DNA of 64,000 nucleotides from Nannocystis bainbridge (GCF_028368995.1 NZ_JAQNDL010000003.1:480001-544000), one strand, 5' to 3'. Shown: positions 54,474 to 63,435, counted from the stretch's first letter. The notes: a model not told the origin generated them from the letters alone. A program made the numbers and translations.

Positions 54474-55828
54474 GCTGCTCTCCGTTCCAAGGGTGCAAAG
54501 CGGGTCTGTTGGGCAATCCATGCAAGCTTGATCAGGTCCTCGGGGCCGTGGCGATTCTTCGCGACGCGCAACTCGGCGAGCCCGGCTGCGGCGGCCCGCT
54601 TGTCGGCGGTCGCATCGACGGTCAGCGTCAGCTCGGGCCGGTGCAGCAGCCCGACGAAATCCGCCTCCGCCTCGATGTCTCCGCCCTCGCGCAGATCTTC
54701 GAGCGTGGGCCGCTGATCGGCCCGTCCCGCCGCCATGCGGTTGACCTGCGCCAACGCGAGGACAGGCGCTTCCGCGGCCTTCGCAAGATCCTTGAGGGCC
54801 CGCGCGATGTCCCCGATCTCCGTGTATCGCTGCTCGCGCCGGTCGCTGCGCGCCTTTTGCAGGTAGTCGATCACGATCAACGGTGGGACTTGTTGGTCGA
54901 CGGCGGTCGCGCGGAAGGCCATGGCCCGGCTGCGGATCTCGGCGACATCGCGGGTGCGATCGTCGATCCAGAACGGCGCGAGCCCCAGCCGACACCAGCC
55001 GTCCGCGAGGGCCTGCCGCGCGTGTTCGGGCGGCGTCTGGGACCGCACCGCGGCGAGGTCGCAGCGGCTCTCGCGGGCAAGGGCGCGCTCGATCAATTGC
55101 GTAGCCGTCATTTCGAGCGAGAAGAAGAGAACGGGCCGCAACGGCCGCTCGCCGGCGACGACCTGGCGCGAGCGCGGGACGGCGAGGTCGCACGCGATTC
55201 CGATCGCTAGCGCCGTCTTGCCTACGCGCGGCCTGGCCCCGAGGACATATAGATTCCCGGGCTCCATCCCGCCGCCGAGCACCTTGTCGAGCTCGGGGAA
55301 GCCGAACGGGACCCGCGGCGGGGGCCCAGCGGCCCAGCGCTCGCCGAGGTGTTGCAGCACGTCGCGGGCGCAGGTCGGGCCCTCGGCAGCGACGGCCGGC
55401 GCATCGCGCCCGATCTCGGCGAGCAGTTCTTCGACGGCCGCCGGCTCCGCCTCCGGGTCCCGCGCCGCCTCGGCCACGCGGAGCGCGGCTTCGCGGACCC
55501 GCCTGATGCGCGCGCGCCTGCGGATCTCTGCGGCATAGCGCCGCAAGATCGGCGCCGCGCGGGTGGCCTCCTCGCCGAGCCGGGCAAGTGAGCGCCCCGC
55601 GAGCTTGTGCTCGCCGCGGCCCCGGATCTCGTCCTCGACGGAAAGCACGTCGATCGGGACGCCCCGCGCCGCAAGCTCCAGCACGGCCCCCCAGATCTCC
55701 CGGTGGCCCTGGCCGTCCTCGAAGTCGTCCACGCGCAGCCATGCGACTTGCGCGAGCAGGCCGGAGAACACCAGCACCGACGCCAACACTACGCGCTCCG
55801 CCTCTTGCGCCGGGCGACTTGCGTTCAT
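54470..55828 (-). CDS. dnaB: DnaB-like replicative helicase
   Basis: EAERVVLA, GARPRVGKT, FFSLEM, VIDYLQ, LAQVNR, DLREGGDIEAEAD, VAKNRHG. Confidence 0.96.
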   Translation of the reverse strand: MNASRPAQEAERVVLASVLVFSGLLAQVAWLRVDDFEDGQGHREIWGAVLELAARGVPIDVLSVEDEIRGRGEHKLAGRSLARLGEEATRAAPILRRYAAEIRRRARIRRVREAALRVAEAARDPEAEPAAVEELLAEIGRDAPAVAAEGPTCARDVLQHLGERWAAGPPPRVPFGFPELDKVLGGGMEPGNLYVLGARPRVGKTALAIGIACDLAVPRSRQVVAGERPLRPVLFFSLEMTATQLIERALARESRCDLAAVRSQTPPEHARQALADGWCRLGLAPFWIDDRTRDVAEIRSRAMAFRATAVDQQVPPLIVIDYLQKARSDRREQRYTEIGDIARALKDLAKAAEAPVLALAQVNRMAAGRADQRPTLEDLREGGDIEAEADFVGLLHRPELTLTVDATADKRAAAAGLAELRVAKNRHGPEDLIKLAWIAQQTRFAPLERRAA

Positions 55829-55832
55829 CCGT

Positions 55833-55886
55833 TCACCATGTGTCTAAATGGTCCTGTTCTATAGGTCATGTCTGTTCGGACATGGC
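55833..55886. repeat. Degenerate 14-bp-periodic array inside the element
   Basis: Cores at 55853, 55867, 55881 (plus 55837, off phase). Confidence 0.55.
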
Positions 55887-55887
55887 C

Positions 55888-56403
55888 TTAGCGCGACTCG
55901 GTGCGGCGCCGGATCCGTTCGCACGCGCGCCGCCAACGCGAGCGGACCTGCTGCGGGCGCAGCCCCGGGTCGCTATCGTGCAGACGCGCCAGGATCACTT
56001 GCCGCTGCGCGTCCGTGACCAGGTCCAGGCAAGCCCGCAGCCTGCGCCCCGCGTCCTTGGCGTCGGGCTCGTCCCGCGCGACCAACCCGGCCACGCCGTC
56101 CCCGATGAAGACGATCCGCCCGGCCTGCCGTTGGAGTTTCCTGCACACCGTTTGAATCCCCCAGCGCAGGTGGGTCGCGAATCGCACGCTGCGGCCGAGG
56201 TCGAACGAGCGGACCCGGTCGACCAGCACGGCGCCGACCTCGGCCTCGACCTCGTCCGCGTCGACGCGCGCGGCGGCGGCCAGGGTGCGAGCCAGGGCCC
56301 TCGCATACGGCAGAAATGCCCGCATGATCGCGGCCTCGTCGCGGGCCTCGAACATGCGGCGCTCGTCCTCGGCGTCGACGAACTGGGCGCTACAGCGGCT
56401 CAC
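55888..56403 (-). CDS. Miniature sigma-70-family factor (171 aa)
   Basis: Region 2 FLPYARALAR...RVRSFDLGRSVRFATHLRWGI; shortened region 4 LDLVTDAQRQVILAR..QQVRSRWRRACERIR. Confidence 0.8.
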   Translation of the reverse strand: MSRCSAQFVDAEDERRMFEARDEAAIMRAFLPYARALARTLAAAARVDADEVEAEVGAVLVDRVRSFDLGRSVRFATHLRWGIQTVCRKLQRQAGRIVFIGDGVAGLVARDEPDAKDAGRRLRACLDLVTDAQRQVILARLHDSDPGLRPQQVRSRWRRACERIRRRTESR

Positions 56404-56612
56404 GGGCGCCTCTCCCTGGCGAGCGCGACGACCTCGGGCGGAAGGCCGCCCCGATCGGCAGCACGAAGGAGCGGCGCGAGCTTGGCGGCGCGTTCGCGGT
56501 CGAGCCGCTCGGCCTGGTCGCGGCACTCGGCGGCGACGGCGAGGTAGGCGCGCGCCGCTCCCCGAAGCCTGCCCGTTTCGACCTGTCTCCCAGGACATGC
56601 CACGCGAGTCAC
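56400..56612 (-). CDS. Small hypothetical protein
   Basis: GTGA overlaps at both ends; helical, 70 aa. Confidence 0.55.
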   Translation of the reverse strand: MTRVACPGRQVETGRLRGAARAYLAVAAECRDQAERLDRERAAKLAPLLRAADRGGLPPEVVALARERRP

Positions 56613-57181
56613 GGAGTACCCCCGATCCAGCGCGGCGCAGGCAGCGGCGACGGGCGAGGCCGCGGCCGCGGCCGGGTGGGCCTCGGCGGCATCGACAGCG
56701 GCAGGCCAGGGGCGGCCCCGGCGAGCATCGGGACCCAGCGGGCCTTGTGCTCCCGTGCGCGCGAAATCTGAGCGTGCCCCGCAAGGGTGAGGCGCCAGCC
56801 GCGGCGCGTGTGCCAGTCGATCCGCGGGGCGTCGGCGAGAGCGGCCCGGACCAGCTCGACCCCGTAGCGCTCGACGATGCGGGCGGCGCGGACGCGCTCG
56901 ACCGGCCGCACAGGTGCGAGGGCGCCGGCGGCCCCGCGCACAGGATCGGCAGGCGCGAGCGTCCAGCCGGTCCGCAAGTGGCCCTCGACGCGCCGGCGCT
57001 CGCGGTGGATCGCGCCGGCCTCTTCGAGACGGCGCAGGTGGCGATACACCGTCGCGCGGTGAAGGCCGGACAGCGCGGCGAGCCGATCGGCGCTCGGGCA
57101 GGCCCACCCGCCCGCGAGCTCGCGCCGCAGCACGTCCAACAAGGGCCTCGCCTGCTCATTCAGACAGCTATTTTCCGCCAT
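56609..57181 (-). CDS. wHTH protein resembling phage replication-initiator N-termini
   Basis: CPSADRLAALSGLHRATVYRHLRRLEEAGAIHR. Confidence 0.78.
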   Translation of the reverse strand: MAENSCLNEQARPLLDVLRRELAGGWACPSADRLAALSGLHRATVYRHLRRLEEAGAIHRERRRVEGHLRTGWTLAPADPVRGAAGALAPVRPVERVRAARIVERYGVELVRAALADAPRIDWHTRRGWRLTLAGHAQISRAREHKARWVPMLAGAAPGLPLSMPPRPTRPRPRPRPSPLPAPRWIGGTP

Positions 57182-57182
57182 G

Positions 57183-58070
57183 TTAGCGACCCTCCCGGCG
57201 CTGCTCAGCCTCCCAGCGCGCGAGCCTGGCGACTTCGTGGCGAAGCACGTCAATCCGTCCCCGCATGTCGTCGGCCAAGTTCTCCCGCATGGTCTTGATC
57301 GCCGCCGCCTCCTCGGAGAGGCGGACCGCTTCCGCAGCGAGGCGAGCCGCGTCCTCCCGCACCCGAGTCTCAAGGCCCGCGCTCGCGGCCATCTCCTCGC
57401 GGAAGCGGTCCTCCAAGCCGCTGATCAGGGCTTCGAGCTCGCGCACGCGCGGATTCACCGTGGGCCCGAAGGCGGCGTCGCGGTAAAAGGCCACCGTCCC
57501 CACGTCGAGACGGGTCTTGCCGGCGATCGCCTCGTCGCTCCATCCCTCCGTATAGAGCCCCGTCTCGACCTGGAAGTGAGCGTCCAGAAGATCGTACATG
57601 TCCCGCAGGGCGCGTGCGGCCTCGGGCGAGGGGCGGCCTCCTGCGTCGAGCGCCGGCGAGGGCTCCGGCTGCGACGTTGCGGACACCGGCGGCGTTACCG
57701 GCCGCGGGGCGGACGGCGGCGTCGTGGGCGGCCGCGCGATGCTGTGTGCGGGGTGCTGAATGACCTTCGCGTCGTCGCCGTGCTTACCTGTCGCTTCCTC
57801 GCTGTGTTTACGCATGTTCTTTGATTCCTGGCACTTTGGACAGGTTGCTTTCTCGCCGTCGCGCACGACAGCCCACCCGAGCCGCGTCCATCGCTGCGTG
57901 ACGGCGATCGGGTTGATCTGCGGCTTGAAGGTTGCGAAGTCGCGGCGCTCGCAGGCTCCGCACACGATCCACATGCCCGTGCGCCCGTGTTCATCGCGAC
58001 CAAAGACGAGGGCGTGCTTTCCCTCGAATTGGGACGGCCGGGTCTTGCTCTCGCTGCAGCGGATCAGCAC
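57183..58070 (-). CDS. Phage-type protein: Zn ribbon, HTH-like segment, coiled coil
   Basis: CGAC...CPKC; YTEGWSDEAIA...V..YRDAAFGP. Confidence 0.75.
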   Translation of the reverse strand: MLIRCSESKTRPSQFEGKHALVFGRDEHGRTGMWIVCGACERRDFATFKPQINPIAVTQRWTRLGWAVVRDGEKATCPKCQESKNMRKHSEEATGKHGDDAKVIQHPAHSIARPPTTPPSAPRPVTPPVSATSQPEPSPALDAGGRPSPEAARALRDMYDLLDAHFQVETGLYTEGWSDEAIAGKTRLDVGTVAFYRDAAFGPTVNPRVRELEALISGLEDRFREEMAASAGLETRVREDAARLAAEAVRLSEEAAAIKTMRENLADDMRGRIDVLRHEVARLARWEAEQRREGR

Positions 58071-59221
58071 GCGGCCGCCTCCGCGTCGATCTCAAGCTCG
58101 CGCTGCTCCCAGGGCGAGCGGGCGCCGGCGGCCCGCGCCAACATCTCGGCGAGCAAGTGTGCGCCCTCGCGGCAGGTCGCGTCGTACCGCGGAAGCGCAA
58201 CCAGCCGGCGCTGCCACGCGGGCGAGCTGACCTCCACTTCCCACGGGGGCCCCTTGATCCGAAGCGTCGCGCCGGCCCATGTCGCGGTGTACGTGTCCCA
58301 AAGGACACCATGCGGATCGTCGTGGGCGAGGTCGGGTGCCCAACCCGCGCCCGGCCGCGAGCCTGGCCAAGCCACACCCGCCGCAAACAGTTGCCGCCAT
58401 GCGGCGCCGAGGTGATGAAGCCGGTCCGCCGCGTGCTCGGGTCCGATGTTCCCGGCCTCGACCCACCGGCGACAGGCTTCTGCGGCCAACTCCCCGGGCA
58501 GCCGCCGCCGGCCGCGAGCATCGAGCGCGGCCGACACGAGCGTCGCGGCGGTGCGCGCGTTGTCGGCCAGGTCGACTTGTCCCTTGCGCGCGCGAGGCCA
58601 TGGCACGGCGCGCGCCGTGGCCGCTTCGGCCGCGCGGACGAGGTCGTCGACGGCCGGGGCAACCCCCGCGGCCCGCGCCAGCATCCCGAGCGCGTCGCCG
58701 ACGATCACCACGTGACGAGCCCGGAGACGCGACAGAGCGTCTCGGGCGCTGTCGTCGTTGAGCGCCAGCGTCTCAAACGTGCCGAGCAGAGAGTCGAGCC
58801 CAGGGAGGCGGACGAGCCGGGCGAGCTGCTCGCCCGCCGCGCTCTCAAAGGCCCGCGGTCCCCAGGTGCCCGCGGCGGCAGTCAACGGGCCGACAAGCAG
58901 CGGGCGCACGCCGTCGGGGATCGGGAGGGCCACCGGGCGCCCGTCGAGCTCCGCCCACGCCAGGCCGGCCAGCGAGGCCGCAGCGCCAGGGGCACGGAGC
59001 GACGCGCGCGACTTGTCGAGTTCGAGCGCGGCCGCGAGGGCCGGACCGAGGTCGAGCCGCCGATACTCCGCGCCGGCCGCCGGCCACTGGCCAAGCGGGC
59101 CCGCCACCACGCGCCCCTCGTCGAGCCCGACGATCCACCAGCCGCGGACCGTGACAGGACGCCGGCCGCGAGCAGGCATCAACGCGACGGCGGTCTGTAA
59201 CGCTTGATCAACTTCACCCAT
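58064..59221 (-). CDS. Hypothetical protein (385 aa)
   Basis: Tightly packed in the minus-strand operon, GAGG SD. Confidence 0.7.
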   Translation of the reverse strand: MGEVDQALQTAVALMPARGRRPVTVRGWWIVGLDEGRVVAGPLGQWPAAGAEYRRLDLGPALAAALELDKSRASLRAPGAAASLAGLAWAELDGRPVALPIPDGVRPLLVGPLTAAAGTWGPRAFESAAGEQLARLVRLPGLDSLLGTFETLALNDDSARDALSRLRARHVVIVGDALGMLARAAGVAPAVDDLVRAAEAATARAVPWPRARKGQVDLADNARTAATLVSAALDARGRRRLPGELAAEACRRWVEAGNIGPEHAADRLHHLGAAWRQLFAAGVAWPGSRPGAGWAPDLAHDDPHGVLWDTYTATWAGATLRIKGPPWEVEVSSPAWQRRLVALPRYDATCREGAHLLAEMLARAAGARSPWEQRELEIDAEAAAC

Positions 59222-59230
59222 TGCTGAACC

Positions 59231-59488
59231 TCATGCGCGAGCGGCGAGCCCGAGGCGGGCCGCCCTCTCGCACAGCCAAAGGGCCGTCGTGCTCGCGGCC
59301 TCTACGCGCACGGGCCTCCGCCGCCGGGGCCGACGGCCGGCGACCTTCGCCACCTGCTCCCGCACGATCAGATCGAACGACAGGCGGGCCACAAACATCG
59401 CGCCATAGAGCGCACTCGGGCCGCCGCACGCGGCGGCCTCTGCGGGTGTGTAGTTCATAGACATGTCTCTCGGGTCGGGCTCTCTCAC
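59231..59488 (-). CDS. Small hypothetical protein
   Basis: GTGA overlap with the upstream gene. Confidence 0.55.
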   Translation of the reverse strand: MREPDPRDMSMNYTPAEAAACGGPSALYGAMFVARLSFDLIVREQVAKVAGRRPRRRRPVRVEAASTTALWLCERAARLGLAARA

Positions 59489-59700
59489 GGGAGCAAGTCC
59501 GCCTCGTAGATGAACACCAGCAATGAACGGACGCGGTAGCGAAGGACCTCGCCGCTTGGCGCGTAGACAAACGCCGTGAGGGACGCCGAGGCACCGACGC
59601 GATCGGCGGCCTCCTCGGCGGCCTCCTCGGGCGATGCGGCGTCGATCTCGATCTCCTCCGCGTGGCCCGAGATCCGGACATGGTACTTGGGACAGGTCAC
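59485..59700 (-). CDS. Small hypothetical protein (71 aa)
   Basis: Overlaps the integrase stop; IEIDAASPEEAAEEA motif common in phage small proteins. Confidence 0.65.
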   Translation of the reverse strand: MTCPKYHVRISGHAEEIEIDAASPEEAAEEAADRVGASASLTAFVYAPSGEVLRYRVRSLLVFIYEADLLP

Positions 59701-61247
59701 ATCGCCCCCCCGGTCGCGTGAGCGAGGCGGCCCGAAAGCGCGTTCGACCCAGGACGCTCCGCCCCTTCGCCGTAGATCTCGCGGGTCATCTTGGGGTCAT
59801 GGCCAAGCGCCCACGCGATGTCATCGATCGGCGCGCCCTCCTCCATGCTCAGGTGGACGAAGCTGTGGCGGAGGTCGTGCGGATGCGGCCACGGCTTCGG
59901 CAGGCCGGCCAGGATTACAGCCTCCCGCATCACACGCCACACGGCGGTCTTGAGGCTTTCGGGATCATGGGTCCCGAAGAGCGGGCCGCGGACGCGGGGG
60001 CCCCACGTCCCTTGCTTCCCGAACATCAGCTCGATCTGCTTCGCGGCGACCCGAGCGGCATCGTCGTCAACGGCGATCTTCCGCTCCTTGCCCGACTTCG
60101 TGCGGACCAACTTGATCTTGTTCCCGCGGATGTCGCCGGCGTCGACGCGCGCCATCTCGTCGATGCGCGTCCCGGAGAGAAGCAGCATGCGAAAGAGCGT
60201 GTGCGGTGCCGTGTGATGCGCGAGGTCCTGGCCTTCGAGCCGACGCCGACTCCCGTCCTCGACGCGCGCGTCGTACAGGTCCGCCGCGACGGCCCGCAGG
60301 TCTCGCATTTCCTCAGACGTGATCGGCCGCGGAGGCTTGCGGCGATGCTTGGCCCGGACCCCGTAGTCCGGATCGCACTGGATCACGCCGCGGGCGCGCG
60401 CGAAGCGAAGCAGGTTCCGCAAGCGAGCTAGACAAGCCTTCGCAGCCGAGCTCCCCGCGTTCTTGCAAAGCCCCTTGTACCAGGCATCGATGATCTCGGC
60501 GGTGAGGTCGACGGCGCGGAACTCGGCGAGCGCCGGCCGCTCCGTCCCGGTGTGCTCGGGCTTCTGCGCGCGCTCCCGGAGCTTGGTGCGCAGGTACCGA
60601 TACGCGCGCACCGACTTCGGCCGCAGGTGGCCGAGCGCCTCTTGCTCGATCTTGTCGGCGAGCCAGTGATCGGCGACGAGCTGCACCGTCGCCTCCGGAG
60701 TGAGGGGAGCGAGCGCCGCGCTGTCGATCGTCTCTTCGGGCTTGCGCTTCCGCTTGGAAGTCCGCGGGACGACTTCGTGCGTCGGCTGGCCGGTCGTCTC
60801 GCCGACCCTGCGCAGGTGGGCGAGCAGGCGGCCCAAGCACTTGACGAGCTTGCGGGCGACAGGCTCGTGGTAGGACTTGCAGAGTTCGGCGAACCAGGCG
60901 CGCACGACCGGCGGATGCAACGCGGTGGTCGGCAACGCAGCGAGCGACCCGAGACGGCGCAAGAGCATCGCGGCGTCCGTGTGCCCGCGAAACCCGAGGT
61001 CGCCGTCCCGCTCCCTGGCCTTCAGGTGTTCGAGCCAATCCCGCGCGGCGGCCTCGACCGAACCAGCCGGCGGCCCCGCAGGGTCGAGGCCAGGGAACGC
61101 GACCTCATGGGCACGCGCGTGATTCAGGATCGAGGTCAGCGAGCGCCGCGCGGTCGCGGCAACGCTCGGGGTGTAAGCGTGCGCAACCGTCGACACCCAT
61201 TGCTCGATCGTCTCGGGGGTGAGCTTGCTTGCCCGTACGTCACGCAA
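59697..61247 (-). CDS. Tyrosine recombinase/integrase with repeated core-binding domains
   Basis: SGTRIDE (R), RTKSGK (K), HDLRHS, LGHD, IYG (Y); start uncertain (frame open across attR to 61418). Confidence 0.93.
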   Translation of the reverse strand: MRDVRASKLTPETIEQWVSTVAHAYTPSVAATARRSLTSILNHARAHEVAFPGLDPAGPPAGSVEAAARDWLEHLKARERDGDLGFRGHTDAAMLLRRLGSLAALPTTALHPPVVRAWFAELCKSYHEPVARKLVKCLGRLLAHLRRVGETTGQPTHEVVPRTSKRKRKPEETIDSAALAPLTPEATVQLVADHWLADKIEQEALGHLRPKSVRAYRYLRTKLRERAQKPEHTGTERPALAEFRAVDLTAEIIDAWYKGLCKNAGSSAAKACLARLRNLLRFARARGVIQCDPDYGVRAKHRRKPPRPITSEEMRDLRAVAADLYDARVEDGSRRRLEGQDLAHHTAPHTLFRMLLLSGTRIDEMARVDAGDIRGNKIKLVRTKSGKERKIAVDDDAARVAAKQIELMFGKQGTWGPRVRGPLFGTHDPESLKTAVWRVMREAVILAGLPKPWPHPHDLRHSFVHLSMEEGAPIDDIAWALGHDPKMTREIYGEGAERPGSNALSGRLAHATGGAM

Positions 61248-61362
61248 GCCGCCGACCTGGGATCGGCTCGCTCGGCTCGACCGACCTCCGCGGCAAGTCG
61301 AGGGCGGTCGCGCTCGCGCTCGCTTGCTCGCCGACGCGACGCTCGGAGCGCTCGGCGGAAGG

Positions 61363-61398
61363 TGCTGGGGATGTCGGAAGCTCGCTACAACCCCGGCA
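61363..61398. other. attR: TGCTGGGGATGTCG-GAAGCTCG-CTACAACCCCGGCA
   Basis: Matches the attL arms; adjacent to the integrase. Confidence 0.9.
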
Positions 61399-61457
61399 TC
61401 CACAAGCTGCGCCGCCACGCCAGCGGCCCGAGCGCCGCGGCGAAGAACGTCGCCTGA
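61386..61457 (+). pseudogene. Displaced native 3' end of the flavin oxidoreductase gene
   Basis: YNPG-IHKLRRHASGPSAAAKNVA* continues in frame from the shared core. Confidence 0.85.
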
Positions 61458-61462
61458 TCGAA

Positions 61463-61526
61463 CAGACCTGCTGTAAAGGACATGCTCTCGAAGTCATGTC
61501 CCTTCACACATGCTCCGAGGGCCACG
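61463..61526. repeat. 14-bp-periodic palindrome array
   Basis: Cores at 61467, 61481, 61495, 61509, 61523. Confidence 0.85.
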
Positions 61527-61675
61527 CGATTCGCCGGGCTCGGGCCCGGCGATCGCGAGCACCAGCGGCGGCCACCCAGCGGCCACCCAGGCCGGCGAGC
61601 TCGCGCTGCGACGACAAACCCCGGCGCCGGGAGCCCATCGGAAATAAACGCATGGGGCCGAAGTGTTGTCGTGCC

Positions 61676-62656
61676 ATGCGTTCGGGCTGGCTCGCGCTGG
61701 CGCTCGCGGGCTGCGCGGCGCGCTCGACCTCGACGGTCCCATCGGCGACCGAGCCCGAGCGCGTGAGCGCGGCGGTCCCGGCGGGCGCTGCCGTCTTCGT
61801 CGACCCACCGCCTCCGCCGTGTCCCGCCTCCGGGTGGCTCACGGCCGAGGTGTTGATTGGGCCGTGGAGCATCCGCTACGGATCTGCCCGGGGCACGCAC
61901 ACGCTGATGCAGCACGCGAAGCGCGACGATTACCTGGCCGATGGGACAGTTCACGGCGTGCGCCTGGTCCGTCCCGTGTCCTACCGCGATCGCTGGCAGG
62001 TGAGCGGCGGCAGCATGCTCGCGCTGCCGGACCAGGAACAGCGCAGCGAGCTCACGGGCTCCTGGCACGTCGACGAGACCGGCCTGCTCGAGCTGCGCTG
62101 GATCGGGCCGCAGCGGACCGAGATGACACGAGGGCGGGTGTGGGTCGACATCGAGGCCGGACCCCAACCCCACGCGCGGCTGCACCGACACCCGCTGACG
62201 CGCGGCGCCGACGAGGTGTGGCGCAGCGAGGTCTTTACCGAGGTCACGGAGGCCGGCGTGACCCGCGGCTTCACCAGCCGGATCGAGCTGCGCTTCGAGC
62301 CGCCGTTGCAGTCGAGCCCGTCGTCGTGCGGGGTGGAGATCCGCCGTGAGCTCGCGGTCTGGGGCGGCGGCCCGCCTGCCACGTGGAAAGACCGCGCGCG
62401 CGGCCTGTGCACTGTCGAGGGCCGCCAGGTTCGCATCGAGCCGGACGAGCGCCGACCCGGACGCTGGCCGGAACACGACGCTCGGCTACAGGGCGCCTAC
62501 GCGCCGCTCGAGTTCGGCAGCTACGCGTGGATCGCCGCCGATATCCTCGTCGGCGGCCACGACTGGGAACCACACTCCCGCGGCCGCCCCGTGGAGCCGC
62601 CGATCCTTTGGCACGACGCCGCAGGCCGCGGCTGGTGCACGCCGGGACGTCCATAA
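61676..62656 (+). CDS. Hypothetical lipoprotein
   Basis: MRSGWLALALAGC lipobox, beta-rich body. Confidence 0.78.
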   Translation: MRSGWLALALAGCAARSTSTVPSATEPERVSAAVPAGAAVFVDPPPPPCPASGWLTAEVLIGPWSIRYGSARGTHTLMQHAKRDDYLADGTVHGVRLVRPVSYRDRWQVSGGSMLALPDQEQRSELTGSWHVDETGLLELRWIGPQRTEMTRGRVWVDIEAGPQPHARLHRHPLTRGADEVWRSEVFTEVTEAGVTRGFTSRIELRFEPPLQSSPSSCGVEIRRELAVWGGGPPATWKDRARGLCTVEGRQVRIEPDERRPGRWPEHDARLQGAYAPLEFGSYAWIAADILVGGHDWEPHSRGRPVEPPILWHDAAGRGWCTPGRP

Positions 62657-62692
62657 GATGTCCTTGAAGACATGTCCCTAGGCACATGTCCT
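62655..62692. repeat. 14-bp-periodic palindrome array
   Basis: Cores at 62657, 62671, 62685. Confidence 0.8.
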
Positions 62693-62719
62693 GGGGTCGG
62701 GCGTTCGCCGCCCCTGGCC

Positions 62720-63205
62720 TCAGCGCCGGCGCCGGCGCAGCAGCCCGACGAGCCCGAGCAGCCCGAGGGCCGCGCCCGGCGACGCGTCGCTGCGGCAGCC
62801 GCAGCCCTCCTCCTTCTTCGGCGACGTCCCGTCGCTGGTCCCGCCGTCGCTGGTCGCACCGCCGGTGGTGCTCGAGCTCCCGGCCGTCTCGCCCGTCACT
62901 CCGGCCGTCGCGCCCGTCGTCCCGCCCGTCTCGCCCGTCGACCCCGTGGTCCCCGTCGTCCCCGTGCCCGTGGCGGTGGTCGTCGCCGTCCCCATCGGAT
63001 CGCAGTAGCCGCATTTCTTGCCGGGCTCCCCGGGGCAGTCCTTCTCGACGCAGTACCCGTCGCCCAGGTCCGAATAACAGGACGACCCCAGCTCCTGGTC
63101 CAGGCAGGCCATGTAAGGATCGGGGTCGGGCGCGACGTCGGCGCGGGCCGTGGTGCCGACGAGGAGCAGCGGGGACGCGAACAGGAGCACGAGAGCAGAG
63201 CGCAT
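62720..63205 (-). CDS. MYXO-CTERM-sorted Cys-rich surface protein
   Basis: Signal peptide ARA-DVAP; C-terminal EEGCGCR..AALGLLGLVGLLRRRRR. Confidence 0.9.
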   Translation of the reverse strand: MRSALVLLFASPLLLVGTTARADVAPDPDPYMACLDQELGSSCYSDLGDGYCVEKDCPGEPGKKCGYCDPMGTATTTATGTGTTGTTGSTGETGGTTGATAGVTGETAGSSSTTGGATSDGGTSDGTSPKKEEGCGCRSDASPGAALGLLGLVGLLRRRRR

Positions 63206-63363
63206 GGCCGGCAAGATAGCGGATCGGCGCTCGTCTCGGAATCACCGCCGCTCATGGGACGCCGCCGATCGATGTCGAGCGCCCCGCTCGGATTGGGGTC
63301 CGCCGCCGACGCGGGATCGCGCACCCATGGCCCCTCGGTCGCCAGGGCCTCATCTCGTGCGCA

Positions 63364-63429
63364 TCGCATGTCCTTGAGGACATGCCTAAAACATCATGTT
63401 CATACGAACATGCCCCTCGGGGCATGTCG
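63364..63429. repeat. 14-bp-periodic palindrome array
   Basis: CATG at 63367, 63381, 63395, 63409, 63423. Confidence 0.9.
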
Positions 63430-63435
63430 AAAATT

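Larger units (their letters stand above)
21195..61396. mobile_element. Integrated provirus-like element, ~40.2 kb
   Basis: Bounded by a 34-bp imperfect direct repeat (28/34 identical); tyrosine integrase next to the right end; replication, sigma, lysis and structural-like genes inside. Confidence 0.92.

Noticed and set aside
21195-61396. Classification as a tailed prophage, ICE or PICI
   Set aside because: No terminase, portal, HK97 capsid, tail, relaxase or VirB4 motifs recognised by eye; this rejection is provisional until profile searches are run
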